DNA from: an uncultured virus (IMG/VR IMGVR_UViG_3300017758_004847)
Taxonomy: Duplodnaviria; Heunggongvirae; Uroviricota; Caudoviricetes
DNA length: 64,000 nt
Direction: 5' to 3' (one strand)
IMG/VR virus record: IMGVR_UViG_3300017758_004847
The notes below the pieces were generated by a model, which saw only the letters and a list, made by a program, of their open reading frames with translations, did not search any database and was not told where the DNA came from. Positions 7,960-17,774 of the stretch are shown here, piece by piece (the stretch's first letter is position 1; the number at the start of each line of letters is the position of its first letter). Position numbers and translations under genes: made by a program.

Positions 7960-8325
7960 TTAATCACACTCTCCATAGTTTGATAAAAACGTGAGTAGAT
8001 CTTCTGCACCAACAATACCATCACCATCAAAGTCACCTTCACATATTGGATTTGTTTGAATACAAGATGTATAGTTAGGGTGTTCCGTCAATAAAGGATA
8101 TACAAAACCATCACCGTTTAAAACAAAGGCAGTACCTATGTCTGCACAGAAGATTATGGTATAACCACCAGCAGGTAAACCAAAATACTGATTACCCCCA
8201 TCACAATCTTGATATTGGAAATTAGTCCATTTTTCTGCACCAACAGAAGTAAAGACATGTTGATTACATTGTGATAAACAATAAAAAGGTAAGAGAAATA
8301 GTAGGGAAATGAGTAAAGTTTTCAT
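7960..8325 (-). CDS. Secreted Cys-rich protein with C-terminal dockerin/EF-hand-like Ca-binding motif
   Basis: Signal peptide; CEGDFDGDGIVGAEDLLTFLSNYG. Confidence 0.7.
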   Translation of the reverse strand: MKTLLISLLFLLPFYCLSQCNQHVFTSVGAEKWTNFQYQDCDGGNQYFGLPAGGYTIIFCADIGTAFVLNGDGFVYPLLTEHPNYTSCIQTNPICEGDFDGDGIVGAEDLLTFLSNYGECD

Positions 8326-8326
8326 G

Positions 8327-9577
8327 TTATCTGAATATTGTTATATGACCATTCACTTCAATAATCTCAGGGGAGTTAGATCTCCGACCTTTGATTTGGT
8401 AAAAGTAAACTCCGTCTTGTGCATAATAAGGCCCACCATTTATACTACCATCCCAATAAGGATAAGAATCAAATTCTTCACCATACCCACTATAAATTAG
8501 GTCACCCCACCTATTAAATATTTTAAACTCTACACCAACCCAACATTCCAATTCATAAATTAGTTTCCACACATCATTCATTCCATCGTTGTTTGGTGTA
8601 AAGGTATTAGGTACATAAATGCTACCTTCACCTAAACAAGGATAACCTGGATCATCTTCACATTCTAATCCACTTTCACAATCAATCCAAATCTCTTGCA
8701 AAATATACTCTGTTATAGTGTCTGTAACATATATGTAGTTATCTATCACTACCTCAACATAAGTCGTATCAAATATGAAATTATCTATATAAAGTGTATC
8801 GTATAGATTTATATACTGAGTAATTGTATCGTAAATGTAAACATTTTCGTATTCTGTTGTAAAAATGGTATCAGTAATAAAAACCTCAACATCAACATAG
8901 GTCGTGTCGAATATGTAATTATCTATATACAATGTATCGGTAATATATTCTACGACTGTATCAGGTTCACATTCATCGTAACAAACCATTAATCTATTAT
9001 CATTTATATTAATATCAGGATATAATTGAGTTTGATTAAAACTATTTCCCGCACTCCAACCATCATCAGGAAAATCATCATAACCCGCTGTTTGTGATAA
9101 GTTAATCTGCCATATCACAACTTCCCAACAATATCCCTCAATAGGGGTAGATAAAATACACTCCCAAGCAAATGGTGGATTTATATTAATAGTTGCGGTC
9201 GTACCACTTTCCCATCCACCCCAATTTGTGACATTTGAATATGACCAACCTGGATGAAACGTTGTTGATGTACAATCTGTATTTTCTCCTAAGTCTTCTC
9301 CAGTGATTTCATTTATATAATGAATACCAAAAACAAGATGAGATACATTTTCATTATTATTTACAGAAGTAGATCCATTATCAACGCAAGTATTTCCATC
9401 TGATTGAGTGAATTCATTACATCCACAATTTTCTGCATTAATAAATTCAACCACAAAGGAATGATCATCCGCTGTTGTTGCAGGTGGTGTTTGACTTACG
9501 AGTGTTATATCACAAGTCTGTGCCCATATGAGTGTAGACATAAGAAGGCACTTCAAAGTTATGAAGTGTTTTAACAT
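8327..9577 (-). CDS. Secreted protein with T9SS type-B C-terminal domain (gliding-motility-associated CTD)
   Basis: Signal peptide ending WAQ; IYVPNTFTPNNDGMNDVW..IFNRWGDLIY..WDG..DGVYFY..GHITIFR. Confidence 0.88.
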   Translation of the reverse strand: MLKHFITLKCLLMSTLIWAQTCDITLVSQTPPATTADDHSFVVEFINAENCGCNEFTQSDGNTCVDNGSTSVNNNENVSHLVFGIHYINEITGEDLGENTDCTSTTFHPGWSYSNVTNWGGWESGTTATININPPFAWECILSTPIEGYCWEVVIWQINLSQTAGYDDFPDDGWSAGNSFNQTQLYPDININDNRLMVCYDECEPDTVVEYITDTLYIDNYIFDTTYVDVEVFITDTIFTTEYENVYIYDTITQYINLYDTLYIDNFIFDTTYVEVVIDNYIYVTDTITEYILQEIWIDCESGLECEDDPGYPCLGEGSIYVPNTFTPNNDGMNDVWKLIYELECWVGVEFKIFNRWGDLIYSGYGEEFDSYPYWDGSINGGPYYAQDGVYFYQIKGRRSNSPEIIEVNGHITIFR

Positions 9578-9632
9578 TTTTGATTTTAATTTGGAGTTGT
9601 TCTACGTTTAGAACTAAAGTGAATTATTACTG

Positions 9633-10166
9633 TTATAAATAGTACCAGTCTTCGTAAACGTAACCATTAGTTGTACACATTCTTACAGCATTCTCATTCC
9701 AAGAATCACAATAAGCACATAATTTTTCATATCCGAGATCGAAACAGTATTTTGACCTTAGGTTGTTTATTGTTGTCCCCGCATAATAAGGTCGGTCAAC
9801 TCTATTAGAGACATAAAAACCACCAACATAAATCCAACCATTAGGTAAATCTCTATCAACCGTCACCCAATCAAATCTCACCTTCTCATTAAACCAACTC
9901 CATCCTATACACTGGTTGTTATAGTATAATAAAAAACATTTTGAATCGGATTTAAATCTCTGTGTTAGTTCATTAAAATCTTTGGGTCTTTCTTCCCAAT
10001 CAGGTATTTGATCTCCTAAAAGTGACAGTACAATGTTTAAGTCAGATTTGTACGATAGGTAATTTTCTATATCGACCAAATTCAATGAATATTGATCTCC
10101 ATATTTCCGAATGACTGTAAAGTTATCCTTGTTAAGTGATAGTTGGTGGTCATCAGGTTTTATCAT
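9633..10166 (-). CDS. GNAT-like acetyltransferase
   Basis: IGWSW, YVGGFYV, and C-terminal WNENAVRM...GY GNAT pattern. Confidence 0.6.
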   Translation of the reverse strand: MIKPDDHQLSLNKDNFTVIRKYGDQYSLNLVDIENYLSYKSDLNIVLSLLGDQIPDWEERPKDFNELTQRFKSDSKCFLLYYNNQCIGWSWFNEKVRFDWVTVDRDLPNGWIYVGGFYVSNRVDRPYYAGTTINNLRSKYCFDLGYEKLCAYCDSWNENAVRMCTTNGYVYEDWYYL

Positions 10167-10191
10167 GTGATTAGTTTATCCTGATATTCTT

Positions 10192-10374
10192 TTAACTATT
10201 CCTTTGTAGTTCCTGTACTCTACCCATAATATAGGTTTTCTTTCTCTCCAAGAGGTCTACCTTCTTTTGGTCCTCCGCGTTTAAATCAAATTTATTCATT
10301 TTAATTTGACCTATTTCGTTCTCTAATCTGTGATATTCAGATAGAAACTGTTCGTATTGTTGTCCTTTATCCAT
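10192..10374 (-). CDS. Hypothetical coiled-coil protein
   Basis: 60-aa heptad pattern. Confidence 0.65.
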   Translation of the reverse strand: MDKGQQYEQFLSEYHRLENEIGQIKMNKFDLNAEDQKKVDLLERKKTYIMGRVQELQRNS

Positions 10375-10383
10375 ATGTTTAAT

Positions 10384-11358
10384 TTATTTCCATTTAAAAC
10401 CACAACCCATATGTCCGAATTCTGCAGATCTACCGAACACTGGTTTTTTAAGTTCGAGGAATTCAATTATTCCTTTGGGTGATAGATCATAATCGTTATT
10501 ATCTGTGATATTAATTATATGTCCATCACAATTTGCGGTTGCCTGTAGTGGTTGATCGTACCCTATCGCATAAGCTAAGGTTACTGTGCATTCATATCCT
10601 CCGTACAACTTTAAGTAGTCGACAGCAATTCTCCTTGCCATATATGCGGCAGATCTATCAACCTTTGTAGAGTCCTTACCACTGAACGCCCCACCACCAA
10701 GAGGTACTCTTGGACCATAATTGTCAACTGCAAGTTTTCTACCTGTAACCCCTGCGTCTGCAGTAAAACCACCAATATTCCAATCCCCCGCGGGATTACA
10801 ATGTAATGATTGTATGGTATATTCGGGATATCTTTCCTCAAAGAATAAAACAACTAACTCTTCTAATTTATCTTTAGGTGCATTTTGAAATGAACATACG
10901 ACTCGTACCTTAAGGTCGTCTATGGTAACTTGAGTTTTACCATCATATGGGAAGAACCCATATACAAGTTTGTTTAGTTCACGTGATAAATAATATTCTT
11001 GAGGTAACTTTTGTTCATTGTCGTTACATGCATACCCGATCATAATTCCTTGGTCACCCGCACCACCCGTGTCTACACCTTGTGCAATTTCAGGAGATTG
11101 AGTATTAATATTAACGATAACATTAATTGTATCATCAGTGGTTATATCATGAACTACCTTTACAATGTTTTCTCTTGTTACTACTGCATTTGAAGTAATC
11201 TCACCCGTTATGTAAACCTCACCTAATCCACCACAAGTTTCTACCGCACATCTTGAGTTCGGGTCTTGTGATAAGTGAAGATCTAAAATCGCATCAGAAA
11301 TACGATCACACATTTTATCTGGATGCATCGGAGATACACATTCCGCAGTTCTCATCAT
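10384..11358 (-). CDS. metK: S-adenosylmethionine synthetase
   Basis: HPDKMCDRISD, GAGDQG, DAGVTGRK, GGGAFSGKD.TKVDRSAAY. Confidence 0.97.
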   Translation of the reverse strand: MMRTAECVSPMHPDKMCDRISDAILDLHLSQDPNSRCAVETCGGLGEVYITGEITSNAVVTRENIVKVVHDITTDDTINVIVNINTQSPEIAQGVDTGGAGDQGIMIGYACNDNEQKLPQEYYLSRELNKLVYGFFPYDGKTQVTIDDLKVRVVCSFQNAPKDKLEELVVLFFEERYPEYTIQSLHCNPAGDWNIGGFTADAGVTGRKLAVDNYGPRVPLGGGAFSGKDSTKVDRSAAYMARRIAVDYLKLYGGYECTVTLAYAIGYDQPLQATANCDGHIINITDNNDYDLSPKGIIEFLELKKPVFGRSAEFGHMGCGFKWK

Positions 11359-11360
11359 AA

Positions 11361-11651
11361 TTAATCTTTGTTATAATTTCCATCTGGATCCTTAGAAAAG
11401 GAAGGTATACCTGTTGTGGTAGAACACCAAATCTTATTTGGATCTGAATAAGGATTATCACCAATTGTTGGTGGTGGTGTGTAGGGTGCTCTTTCGAAGT
11501 TATTACACTTAACTTCTTGAACATCACTTAGTTTATCTTTGATTGTTGTTAGTTGGACCACTGAAAGATCCGTCCCACACGCTTCAACAAATCCTCTTAA
11601 CCATGTTACAAATTCATTACTGTCCATATGCTCTTTAATTTTTAATAACAT
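11361..11651 (-). CDS. Hypothetical phage protein
   Basis: FVTWLRGFVE motif; likely start MDSNE. Confidence 0.65.
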   Translation of the reverse strand: MLLKIKEHMDSNEFVTWLRGFVEACGTDLSVVQLTTIKDKLSDVQEVKCNNFERAPYTPPPTIGDNPYSDPNKIWCSTTTGIPSFSKDPDGNYNKD

Positions 11652-11697
11652 ATGAAAAATTATTTGTTAAGTCAAGTGAGTTTAAATAAGACTTTCC

Positions 11698-11931
11698 TTA
11701 ATTTTTACGTTCTGACTTATCAGTCTCACAATTTTCATGAACATCTTTTATAACACCCTTAAAGTGAATATGTTCTTTTGGTAAGTAAATGCTTGCAAGT
11801 ATCTCAATGACAGTAGCACTAAAGGCGATGGTTGCGGTAAAATACGCGGACTCAGATAGTGCACTTATGAATTCGATTATGTGAAAAAAAGAATGGAGTC
11901 TTAGACCCCATCTTAAAATTTTTATAAACAT
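11698..11931 (-). CDS. Small membrane protein
   Basis: Hydrophobic segments, His-rich. Confidence 0.6.
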   Translation of the reverse strand: MFIKILRWGLRLHSFFHIIEFISALSESAYFTATIAFSATVIEILASIYLPKEHIHFKGVIKDVHENCETDKSERKN

Positions 11932-11932
11932 A

Positions 11933-12451
11933 TTAATAACTTAATTGTGGTTTTGATTTAATCCAATCGAGGAAAATCCTACCACCATTTTTATTACCAT
12001 AAACATCCGCCAAATTCTCGTAGTAATCCTGATTCTCATTCCAAAAATCAATACTTTTAGACTTTGTTTTATTTTTAAGTGTTAATCTGTTCCAATCAAC
12101 ATAATGTTTGAACTCGTGAGCCACGGTACTGAATAAAATATCTAAAGGTAAGTGGGTCATCCTATCAAGATCAATGAAAATCTTATTTATTTCAGGATCG
12201 AATATACCTAAAACATCATCACCCATACCTTTAATATTACCAACCATCCATTCAGGTTCTTTTATATTGGCTTGATTACTCAATATGGTGATTATATGAG
12301 ATATAACACCTTTTTGTTCCTTTAAATTCAAATCAGATACCTTCATTTTCATATACCTGACCCCACCAAAGAAACCCATGATATTTCCTAATACTTTGAT
12401 AAAAAATACTGTGAGTATAACTAACAGTATCGATAAAACATAAAACTCCAT
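11933..12451 (-). CDS. Membrane-anchored HExxH zinc metallopeptidase-like protein
   Basis: N-terminal TM; TVAHEFKH and downstream E..AD. Confidence 0.7.
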   Translation of the reverse strand: MEFYVLSILLVILTVFFIKVLGNIMGFFGGVRYMKMKVSDLNLKEQKGVISHIITILSNQANIKEPEWMVGNIKGMGDDVLGIFDPEINKIFIDLDRMTHLPLDILFSTVAHEFKHYVDWNRLTLKNKTKSKSIDFWNENQDYYENLADVYGNKNGGRIFLDWIKSKPQLSY

Positions 12452-12454
12452 AAT

Positions 12455-13033
12455 TTATTGATTTACATATAAACGTTCGTGATTGTATTTTGCAACGGGG
12501 TTGTGGTCAATGAACTCACCATACTTTGACTTTGCAATAAAATGCATGGTTGTTGGATCACTATCAACACATTCCCCCATAATGTCAACAAACCCAAAGT
12601 TAGATTCATCAACCTCAGGTTGTTTAGTTTCAGGTAAACCACAATACATTGCCTCCCCAACTTCACTAATAAACATACCCGTATAAAAACCTTTAAGATC
12701 ATATCTATTAACAAACTTATCGGCATTACACCAGATGAAGACTGAGTTGTCCTTTTCTTTAAGGAGTTCAACTACACTTTCATCAATAATATAACCATTA
12801 TTATCAGTTGATGGGAATTGTCCCACACTGAATAGACCACCAGGTGAACCGTGACCCATCATCATAACCCTATCGTGGTCTCGTATCATTGATTTAACTT
12901 CATTCTTACTAAGATTACCAGTGACCAATGTTATATTGTCAATATTTTCATACACACGATTTAGGAACCATGTACTTGAATCTTCGGGATGAATAACTAA
13001 TGTTTTCATATTTTTACTTTTTATTTTATACAA
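12455..13033 (-). CDS. Hypothetical protein, possible clan-CD (His-Cys) peptidase fold
   Basis: MMMGHGS and FIWCNA motifs; likely start MKTLVIHP. Confidence 0.55.
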   Translation of the reverse strand: MYKIKSKNMKTLVIHPEDSSTWFLNRVYENIDNITLVTGNLSKNEVKSMIRDHDRVMMMGHGSPGGLFSVGQFPSTDNNGYIIDESVVELLKEKDNSVFIWCNADKFVNRYDLKGFYTGMFISEVGEAMYCGLPETKQPEVDESNFGFVDIMGECVDSDPTTMHFIAKSKYGEFIDHNPVAKYNHERLYVNQ

Positions 13034-13063
13034 ATATACTAATATTTTTTGGAATATACCAAA
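13031..13063 (-). promoter_or_regulatory. Bacteroidetes-type promoter
   Basis: TTTG-N21-TATATTTG; near-identical to 14328-14359. Confidence 0.8.
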
Positions 13064-14308
13064 TTAATTATAAAGTTTTTTGTCATTTACATAGTGATAA
13101 TCCCAATCGTAGAAGGTATCCCACCAATTTTTAAGGGTTCTACCTTCGATCTCTAATCCATTTTCATAACCTGGTATTGATTTAAACCAATAAATCATCC
13201 ACCCACCTTGCGGGTCGTTACCAATGACTGACCTATTAGTTTCTTGTTTATAATAAGATGTTGGGAAATTTGTATTGATTAATATATCTTTTTTCCAACT
13301 ATCACTATTAATTTGTTTTTGTTGTCCTGTACCATCAGGTTTCCAATCCTCAATATCAGACATTACGTAGTGTTGATTATCGTATTGATAGTCAGATGTT
13401 GCATTTACGGGGTAATGTACCGTTCCACACCCTCTATGTCGACCATCAGGACCAATTTCAAACCCTTTAAATTTACCGAATAAGAAAAAATTACTCTCCA
13501 ATGCTGAGAACTGTCTTTCTACTTGATGTCCCCTAACATGTAAAGTAAAGTCATAAGTGTTGTGTAACCAATGTGAGTACACCACATAGGTTTTATCATA
13601 AACTGGTAGATCATTATTTTCATAATCATTATCCCAAACATAACCTTGGCCATAATAACCATTAGATATGTCACCTGAGTTTGGACTTGACATATTGGAT
13701 TCAGGAACCATTAAGGACTTCCTGTTAAACCATATCTCTTTTACGTCTTGATTATTTACTAGATCTTCCATACCGATATCACCAAAAAGTTTATCATAGT
13801 CGGGATAGTAAGCTTCAGTACTATCGATCGCAAATTGTTCGGGACTGATGTCTCTTGGAATCTTTGGCATCTCATAAACATTTATATACTTGACTACATT
13901 GACCCCTATGTAAGGATCTGAACTTATCCCATCATATCCCCTAAACCTTGAACCTTCCTCAATACCTTTCTTTACACGTATTGTTTCACCTAAAACCCAT
14001 TTCTTATACTCGTCAACACTCAGATCATGGTCAATCTGACCATTGTCCCCATAAAATGGAAATGTTGTTTGAGTAAGGGTTTTACCTTTATCGTTAGAGG
14101 GTATATAATTTAGTACAACCACATTAATGGTCCTTTTTGAGTTTTCTATCGGATTTGATAGAAATTCATGAATATCATCGTATTCTATCGGTGTGTAAGT
14201 TTCTTCATCGATAATTATATCATCAATTAAAAGGTCTTTTTCACAAGAAACCAAGAACATGAGTATTCCAACGTATAAAATAATAAGTAAATAATCAAAT
14301 AATTTCAT
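13064..14308 (-). CDS. Lipoprotein, possible metallopeptidase-like
   Basis: Lipobox LVSC followed by EKD; HVRGHQVE motif. Confidence 0.65.
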   Translation of the reverse strand: MKLFDYLLIILYVGILMFLVSCEKDLLIDDIIIDEETYTPIEYDDIHEFLSNPIENSKRTINVVVLNYIPSNDKGKTLTQTTFPFYGDNGQIDHDLSVDEYKKWVLGETIRVKKGIEEGSRFRGYDGISSDPYIGVNVVKYINVYEMPKIPRDISPEQFAIDSTEAYYPDYDKLFGDIGMEDLVNNQDVKEIWFNRKSLMVPESNMSSPNSGDISNGYYGQGYVWDNDYENNDLPVYDKTYVVYSHWLHNTYDFTLHVRGHQVERQFSALESNFFLFGKFKGFEIGPDGRHRGCGTVHYPVNATSDYQYDNQHYVMSDIEDWKPDGTGQQKQINSDSWKKDILINTNFPTSYYKQETNRSVIGNDPQGGWMIYWFKSIPGYENGLEIEGRTLKNWWDTFYDWDYHYVNDKKLYN

Positions 14309-14327
14309 AATATTTTAATATTTTAAA

Positions 14328-14359
14328 CAAATATACTAGTATTATTTGGAATATACAAA
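14328..14359 (-). promoter_or_regulatory. Bacteroidetes-type promoter
   Basis: TTTG-N20-TATATTTG. Confidence 0.8.
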
Positions 14360-14408
14360 TGTTTAACTTAATTAGTTTTTTGTGTATTTATAGTATAAAC
14401 CAATCTTT

Positions 14409-15839
14409 ATGAGAATTAAGTTGAATGAGAGTCAGATTAAAAACCTGTTAGGTTCTTACAAGAACAGTCTAACTGAACAGACTGCAATGACAGGACAAGG
14501 ATTTAATCCTAAGACAAAAACACAAACAGTCAACTTAGGTTCTGTTTTCCCCGCAGGAAAGTGGAAGATCACAACACAACAAAGACAGACAATGGAACCT
14601 GAACTTAGAAAGATTGTTTCTTTTTTAGTGAAGTACCCCCAATCCAAACTAACAATACAGATTGAAGCGGGAGAGTCAAAGGTTACTAATTATGATAACG
14701 AATCTTCACCACCTATTAAAGTAAAAGAAGGTTACTTATCAAATAAAAGAGGTGAGGAGATCGCAAAATACTTAGATAAGTTCTTTAAAACTCTACAATC
14801 AAGTGGTAAAATTTCAGAAATACCAACCCTACCTCAACCTAAAACTATCGTTGGTGGTCCACTTTACACACGAGGAACGGACAACCCAAAAGATAAAAAA
14901 TATTTACCACATCAATTTATTAAGTTAGTTGTGTCCGCAGAAACAACACTTGAGTGTTTGGTCGGTATGCAAATTACAATTGGTTATAAGAGTGGGGGTG
15001 GACATAAGTGTGACGAAGCCATATTTGATTTTAAAGTTAATGGTGTTTCGTTAGGTGTTGCAAACCTTAACAATGGTCAATTAGATACCGCTGGTTCAAC
15101 TAAATGGAAATACGATCTAAAAGGTAGAATTGATACGTATAATAAAGCTGTCGTTGAAAAAGAAGTTAAAAGATTTGCGGGGGCAGAAATGATCAAATAC
15201 AGGAAGTTGACATCAAAGTTGTATAGATATAATGGTTTAGACATAAATGGTATGAGAAAAGAGTTACCCAAGGTATCACAGAAGTCAAGTCCCTACAGAA
15301 TAATGATGTTAACCAAGGAAAAAGAACTTAGGGATCAGGGTGACCCACGATTAGTAATTTTTGATAGAACTAAAGATTTTACTAAAGAAGATTTAAATAA
15401 ATTCGATAAATTTTATGGTCGTGGTAATAGAATATCTGCTCAAATCAAGAAATATATTGGTAAGAATATGGGTTACGCAGTACAAAAGAGAGACTCTATA
15501 ATGAAACTTCAGAACATCGAAGGAAGATATAGTGACCAAAGACTCGGTGGTGGAAGATCACAAACATATATTTTAGATAATAACAAAGCGAAAGAAATAG
15601 TTGCACAATCTAAAATCAAGGATCGTTTGGTGATGAGTATTAAACCATTGGTAGATAAAAATGGACCATATAAACAATTTTTTGCAATAGGTTCACACTC
15701 AGATGTTCCATACGTGGAGATAATTGACGGAAAAGGGAAGAACACGAAATTCTCACCAAATGTAAAAATGGATAGAGGAGACACTACCGAAAAACCCATA
15801 CTACAAACCACCCTATGTGGTAAGAAGATCGTTTCTTAA
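14409..15839 (+). CDS. Probable virion protein with OmpA-C-like domain
   Basis: Leader MRIKLNESQIKNLL; F..GK......L..I...L...P...I.I.A........YLS.KR...I..YL; TATTTAT upstream. Confidence 0.6.
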   Translation: MRIKLNESQIKNLLGSYKNSLTEQTAMTGQGFNPKTKTQTVNLGSVFPAGKWKITTQQRQTMEPELRKIVSFLVKYPQSKLTIQIEAGESKVTNYDNESSPPIKVKEGYLSNKRGEEIAKYLDKFFKTLQSSGKISEIPTLPQPKTIVGGPLYTRGTDNPKDKKYLPHQFIKLVVSAETTLECLVGMQITIGYKSGGGHKCDEAIFDFKVNGVSLGVANLNNGQLDTAGSTKWKYDLKGRIDTYNKAVVEKEVKRFAGAEMIKYRKLTSKLYRYNGLDINGMRKELPKVSQKSSPYRIMMLTKEKELRDQGDPRLVIFDRTKDFTKEDLNKFDKFYGRGNRISAQIKKYIGKNMGYAVQKRDSIMKLQNIEGRYSDQRLGGGRSQTYILDNNKAKEIVAQSKIKDRLVMSIKPLVDKNGPYKQFFAIGSHSDVPYVEIIDGKGKNTKFSPNVKMDRGDTTEKPILQTTLCGKKIVS

Positions 15840-16132
15840 TCCTCCATCGACTTATCCATTTCATCATGTAAACTATCTAAAACTTCAGTAGTTTCCAATG
15901 CAATCAATGAATCCAATTTACTTTCAGGAACCCATTTGTCACCCCACTTGTACAAATTTTCTCCTATTGAGTCTTGCATAGTATAAAGATCAAGGACTTC
16001 CTGTCCTTCTTTTTCAAGTGCCGTTTCTTGTTCTGTAAGAACTACTCCATTTGTTTCGTCCTGACAATTCGGTGACGTACCACAACTAACTATTAGTGTT
16101 GATACCGATAAAATCATTATTAATTTCTTCAT
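15836..16132 (-). CDS. Lipoprotein
   Basis: MKK plus hydrophobic core plus LIVSC. Confidence 0.7.
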   Translation of the reverse strand: MKKLIMILSVSTLIVSCGTSPNCQDETNGVVLTEQETALEKEGQEVLDLYTMQDSIGENLYKWGDKWVPESKLDSLIALETTEVLDSLHDEMDKSMED

Positions 16133-16153
16133 TTTCTTTTTCTTTTGTTAATA

Positions 16154-16187
16154 CAAATATATAAAAAAGTTTTGATATCACAACAAA
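16154..16187 (-). promoter_or_regulatory. Bacteroidetes-type promoter
   Basis: TATATTTG at 16154-16161 with TTG/TTTG about 19-22 nt upstream. Confidence 0.6.
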
Positions 16188-16212
16188 TATCACAAATATT
16201 TTTATAAGCTAC

Positions 16213-16239
16213 AAAAAAAATCCCCCATAAAGGGGGATT
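16213..16239 (-). terminator. Intrinsic terminator
   Basis: AATCCCCC/GGGGGATT stem with T-run on the minus strand. Confidence 0.8.
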
Positions 16240-16257
16240 AAAATCAAGTGGGTTCAA

Positions 16258-17118
16258 TTAACCTTTCATCAATGATACCATGTCATTGAATATGACCCTC
16301 TCTCTTTTTCCATAAGTTCCGAACATTTTGTTTTCGGAATTATCGTTCTTACTCAACGAATGAGTAGTATATTTTGTTACTCCACTAAATAGACCCCATA
16401 GGTTCTCACCTTTCTCTTGCATCTCACCATTTAGATCGATATAAAATCTTGAGAGTTTATTCTTCTTTGTTGACGACAACTCTTCACTATTATTATAGTT
16501 TTTCAAACTGATATCCATATCAATATCAAATAATCTTTTTGATACGTTATCCCTTAATTTATTAAAATTTGGTTTTAACGGTGTTTCGGACATTTGTTTA
16601 ATGTCGTTGAACATGATCTTTTCTGCTTCAACCAATAGATCAATACCTTTACATATTTCATCTACTCTGTTGGTCATATTTTTCGTGTGTCTAACCTTGT
16701 CAAGATTTCTCATCGCGGCAAAAAACGTATTCTGACAACTTATGGTTAGGTTGGAATTTCCAAAGGCGAGAGATGTACTCCCATCAAATGAATTAATACC
16801 AGTAACAAAACCCTCTATCTTGTCTCTACCAAGTTTCAAATCATTACTCTTCAGTTGGATGAAGACTTTTTTCCCTTCACCAAATTCACCACCCGTATGT
16901 ATATCTAAACCTGTGAGTGAAGAAACTCGTAACAAGAGTTCCGCTAATTGTCCATTTTGGTAAGGTACATAACCACTTGAATGTACTCCAAGTACTTTAT
17001 TATTGTCGTTCCTAACCATTGCAATTTTGTCCGTAGGATATCCACACTCAGTGACAACTTTAGATGAACGTACTGTCCAATCTAAACCTGTATTTTCTAA
17101 AATTTGATTTTTTTCCAT
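16258..17118 (-). CDS. DUF932/DUF945-family phage/plasmid protein
   Basis: GLDWTV, LGV.S..Y.P.QN, GKKVF, NSFDGS, SCQNTF, LWGLFSGVT.Y. Confidence 0.85.
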   Translation of the reverse strand: MEKNQILENTGLDWTVRSSKVVTECGYPTDKIAMVRNDNNKVLGVHSSGYVPYQNGQLAELLLRVSSLTGLDIHTGGEFGEGKKVFIQLKSNDLKLGRDKIEGFVTGINSFDGSTSLAFGNSNLTISCQNTFFAAMRNLDKVRHTKNMTNRVDEICKGIDLLVEAEKIMFNDIKQMSETPLKPNFNKLRDNVSKRLFDIDMDISLKNYNNSEELSSTKKNKLSRFYIDLNGEMQEKGENLWGLFSGVTKYTTHSLSKNDNSENKMFGTYGKRERVIFNDMVSLMKG

Positions 17119-17144
17119 TATATATATTTTTTAAAGATTCTCGA

Positions 17145-17175
17145 CAAATATAATGTAAAGTTTCTTATAAACAAA
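17145..17175 (-). promoter_or_regulatory. Bacteroidetes-type promoter
   Basis: TTTG-N19-TATATTTG. Confidence 0.75.
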
Positions 17176-17197
17176 ATTAATCTATATAATTTATTTT

Positions 17198-17548
17198 TTA
17201 AGGAAGTCTTGGGACTCTTTTTTTCTTTTCAGGTTCCCCATAGTATGGTTTTTTTGGTCCATACTTATTTTGTTTTGTGTTCTTTTTATATGGGACTGCG
17301 ATTCCTGTTGGAACACTTCTGTCTTTATATACTCTTGGACAGTGATAACATGCACATGAAGACATGAACACAAATAATAAAACTATGATCGATATTTTAA
17401 TGATCCATTTCATATGACTTGGTACTTGGTAATCCCGAATAATAATCCCACTTTTCATCAAGTTTACTATAAAAAGATTTATTTTTTTCTTCTTGAGCTT
17501 TAGTTTTCTTTTTTTCTTCTTGGTATTGAGTTTCATTTTCGTACTCAA
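17198..17548 (-). CDS. Basic membrane or lipoprotein-like hypothetical protein; true start probably MKWIIK
   Basis: Hydrophobic stretch ending MSSC, basic tail. Confidence 0.45.
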   Translation of the reverse strand: MSTKMKLNTKKKKRKLKLKKKKINLFIVNLMKSGIIIRDYQVPSHMKWIIKISIIVLLFVFMSSCACYHCPRVYKDRSVPTGIAVPYKKNTKQNKYGPKKPYYGEPEKKKRVPRLP

Positions 17549-17576
17549 ATATAATTCCTGGTATACACATAATTGA

Positions 17577-17774
17577 TTATTTTATAATTTCTACTTCCGA
17601 CCAAGCAACCAAATGAACAACTTCACCGTTGTCTCTCGTACAATAACTATACATTCCGTCTACGTGACTAAAGTTTAGTTCTTCCTGTTCCTCGATCTGT
17701 AATGCTGCGGGTGGTACCTTAACATCACTGATCACTTTAATTCTACTATTTCTTGGTACGTCGTGTAGTTTCAT
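17577..17774 (-). CDS. Hypothetical phage protein
   Basis: MKL.DVPRNS.I...F.HVDGMYSYC motif. Confidence 0.7.
   Translation of the reverse strand: MKLHDVPRNSRIKVISDVKVPPAALQIEEQEELNFSHVDGMYSYCTRDNGEVVHLVAWSEVEIIK

Noticed and set aside
10611..12771. Alternative-frame ORFs 10611-10853, 11315-11527 and 12463-12771
   Set aside because: They lie within better-supported genes and show no motifs
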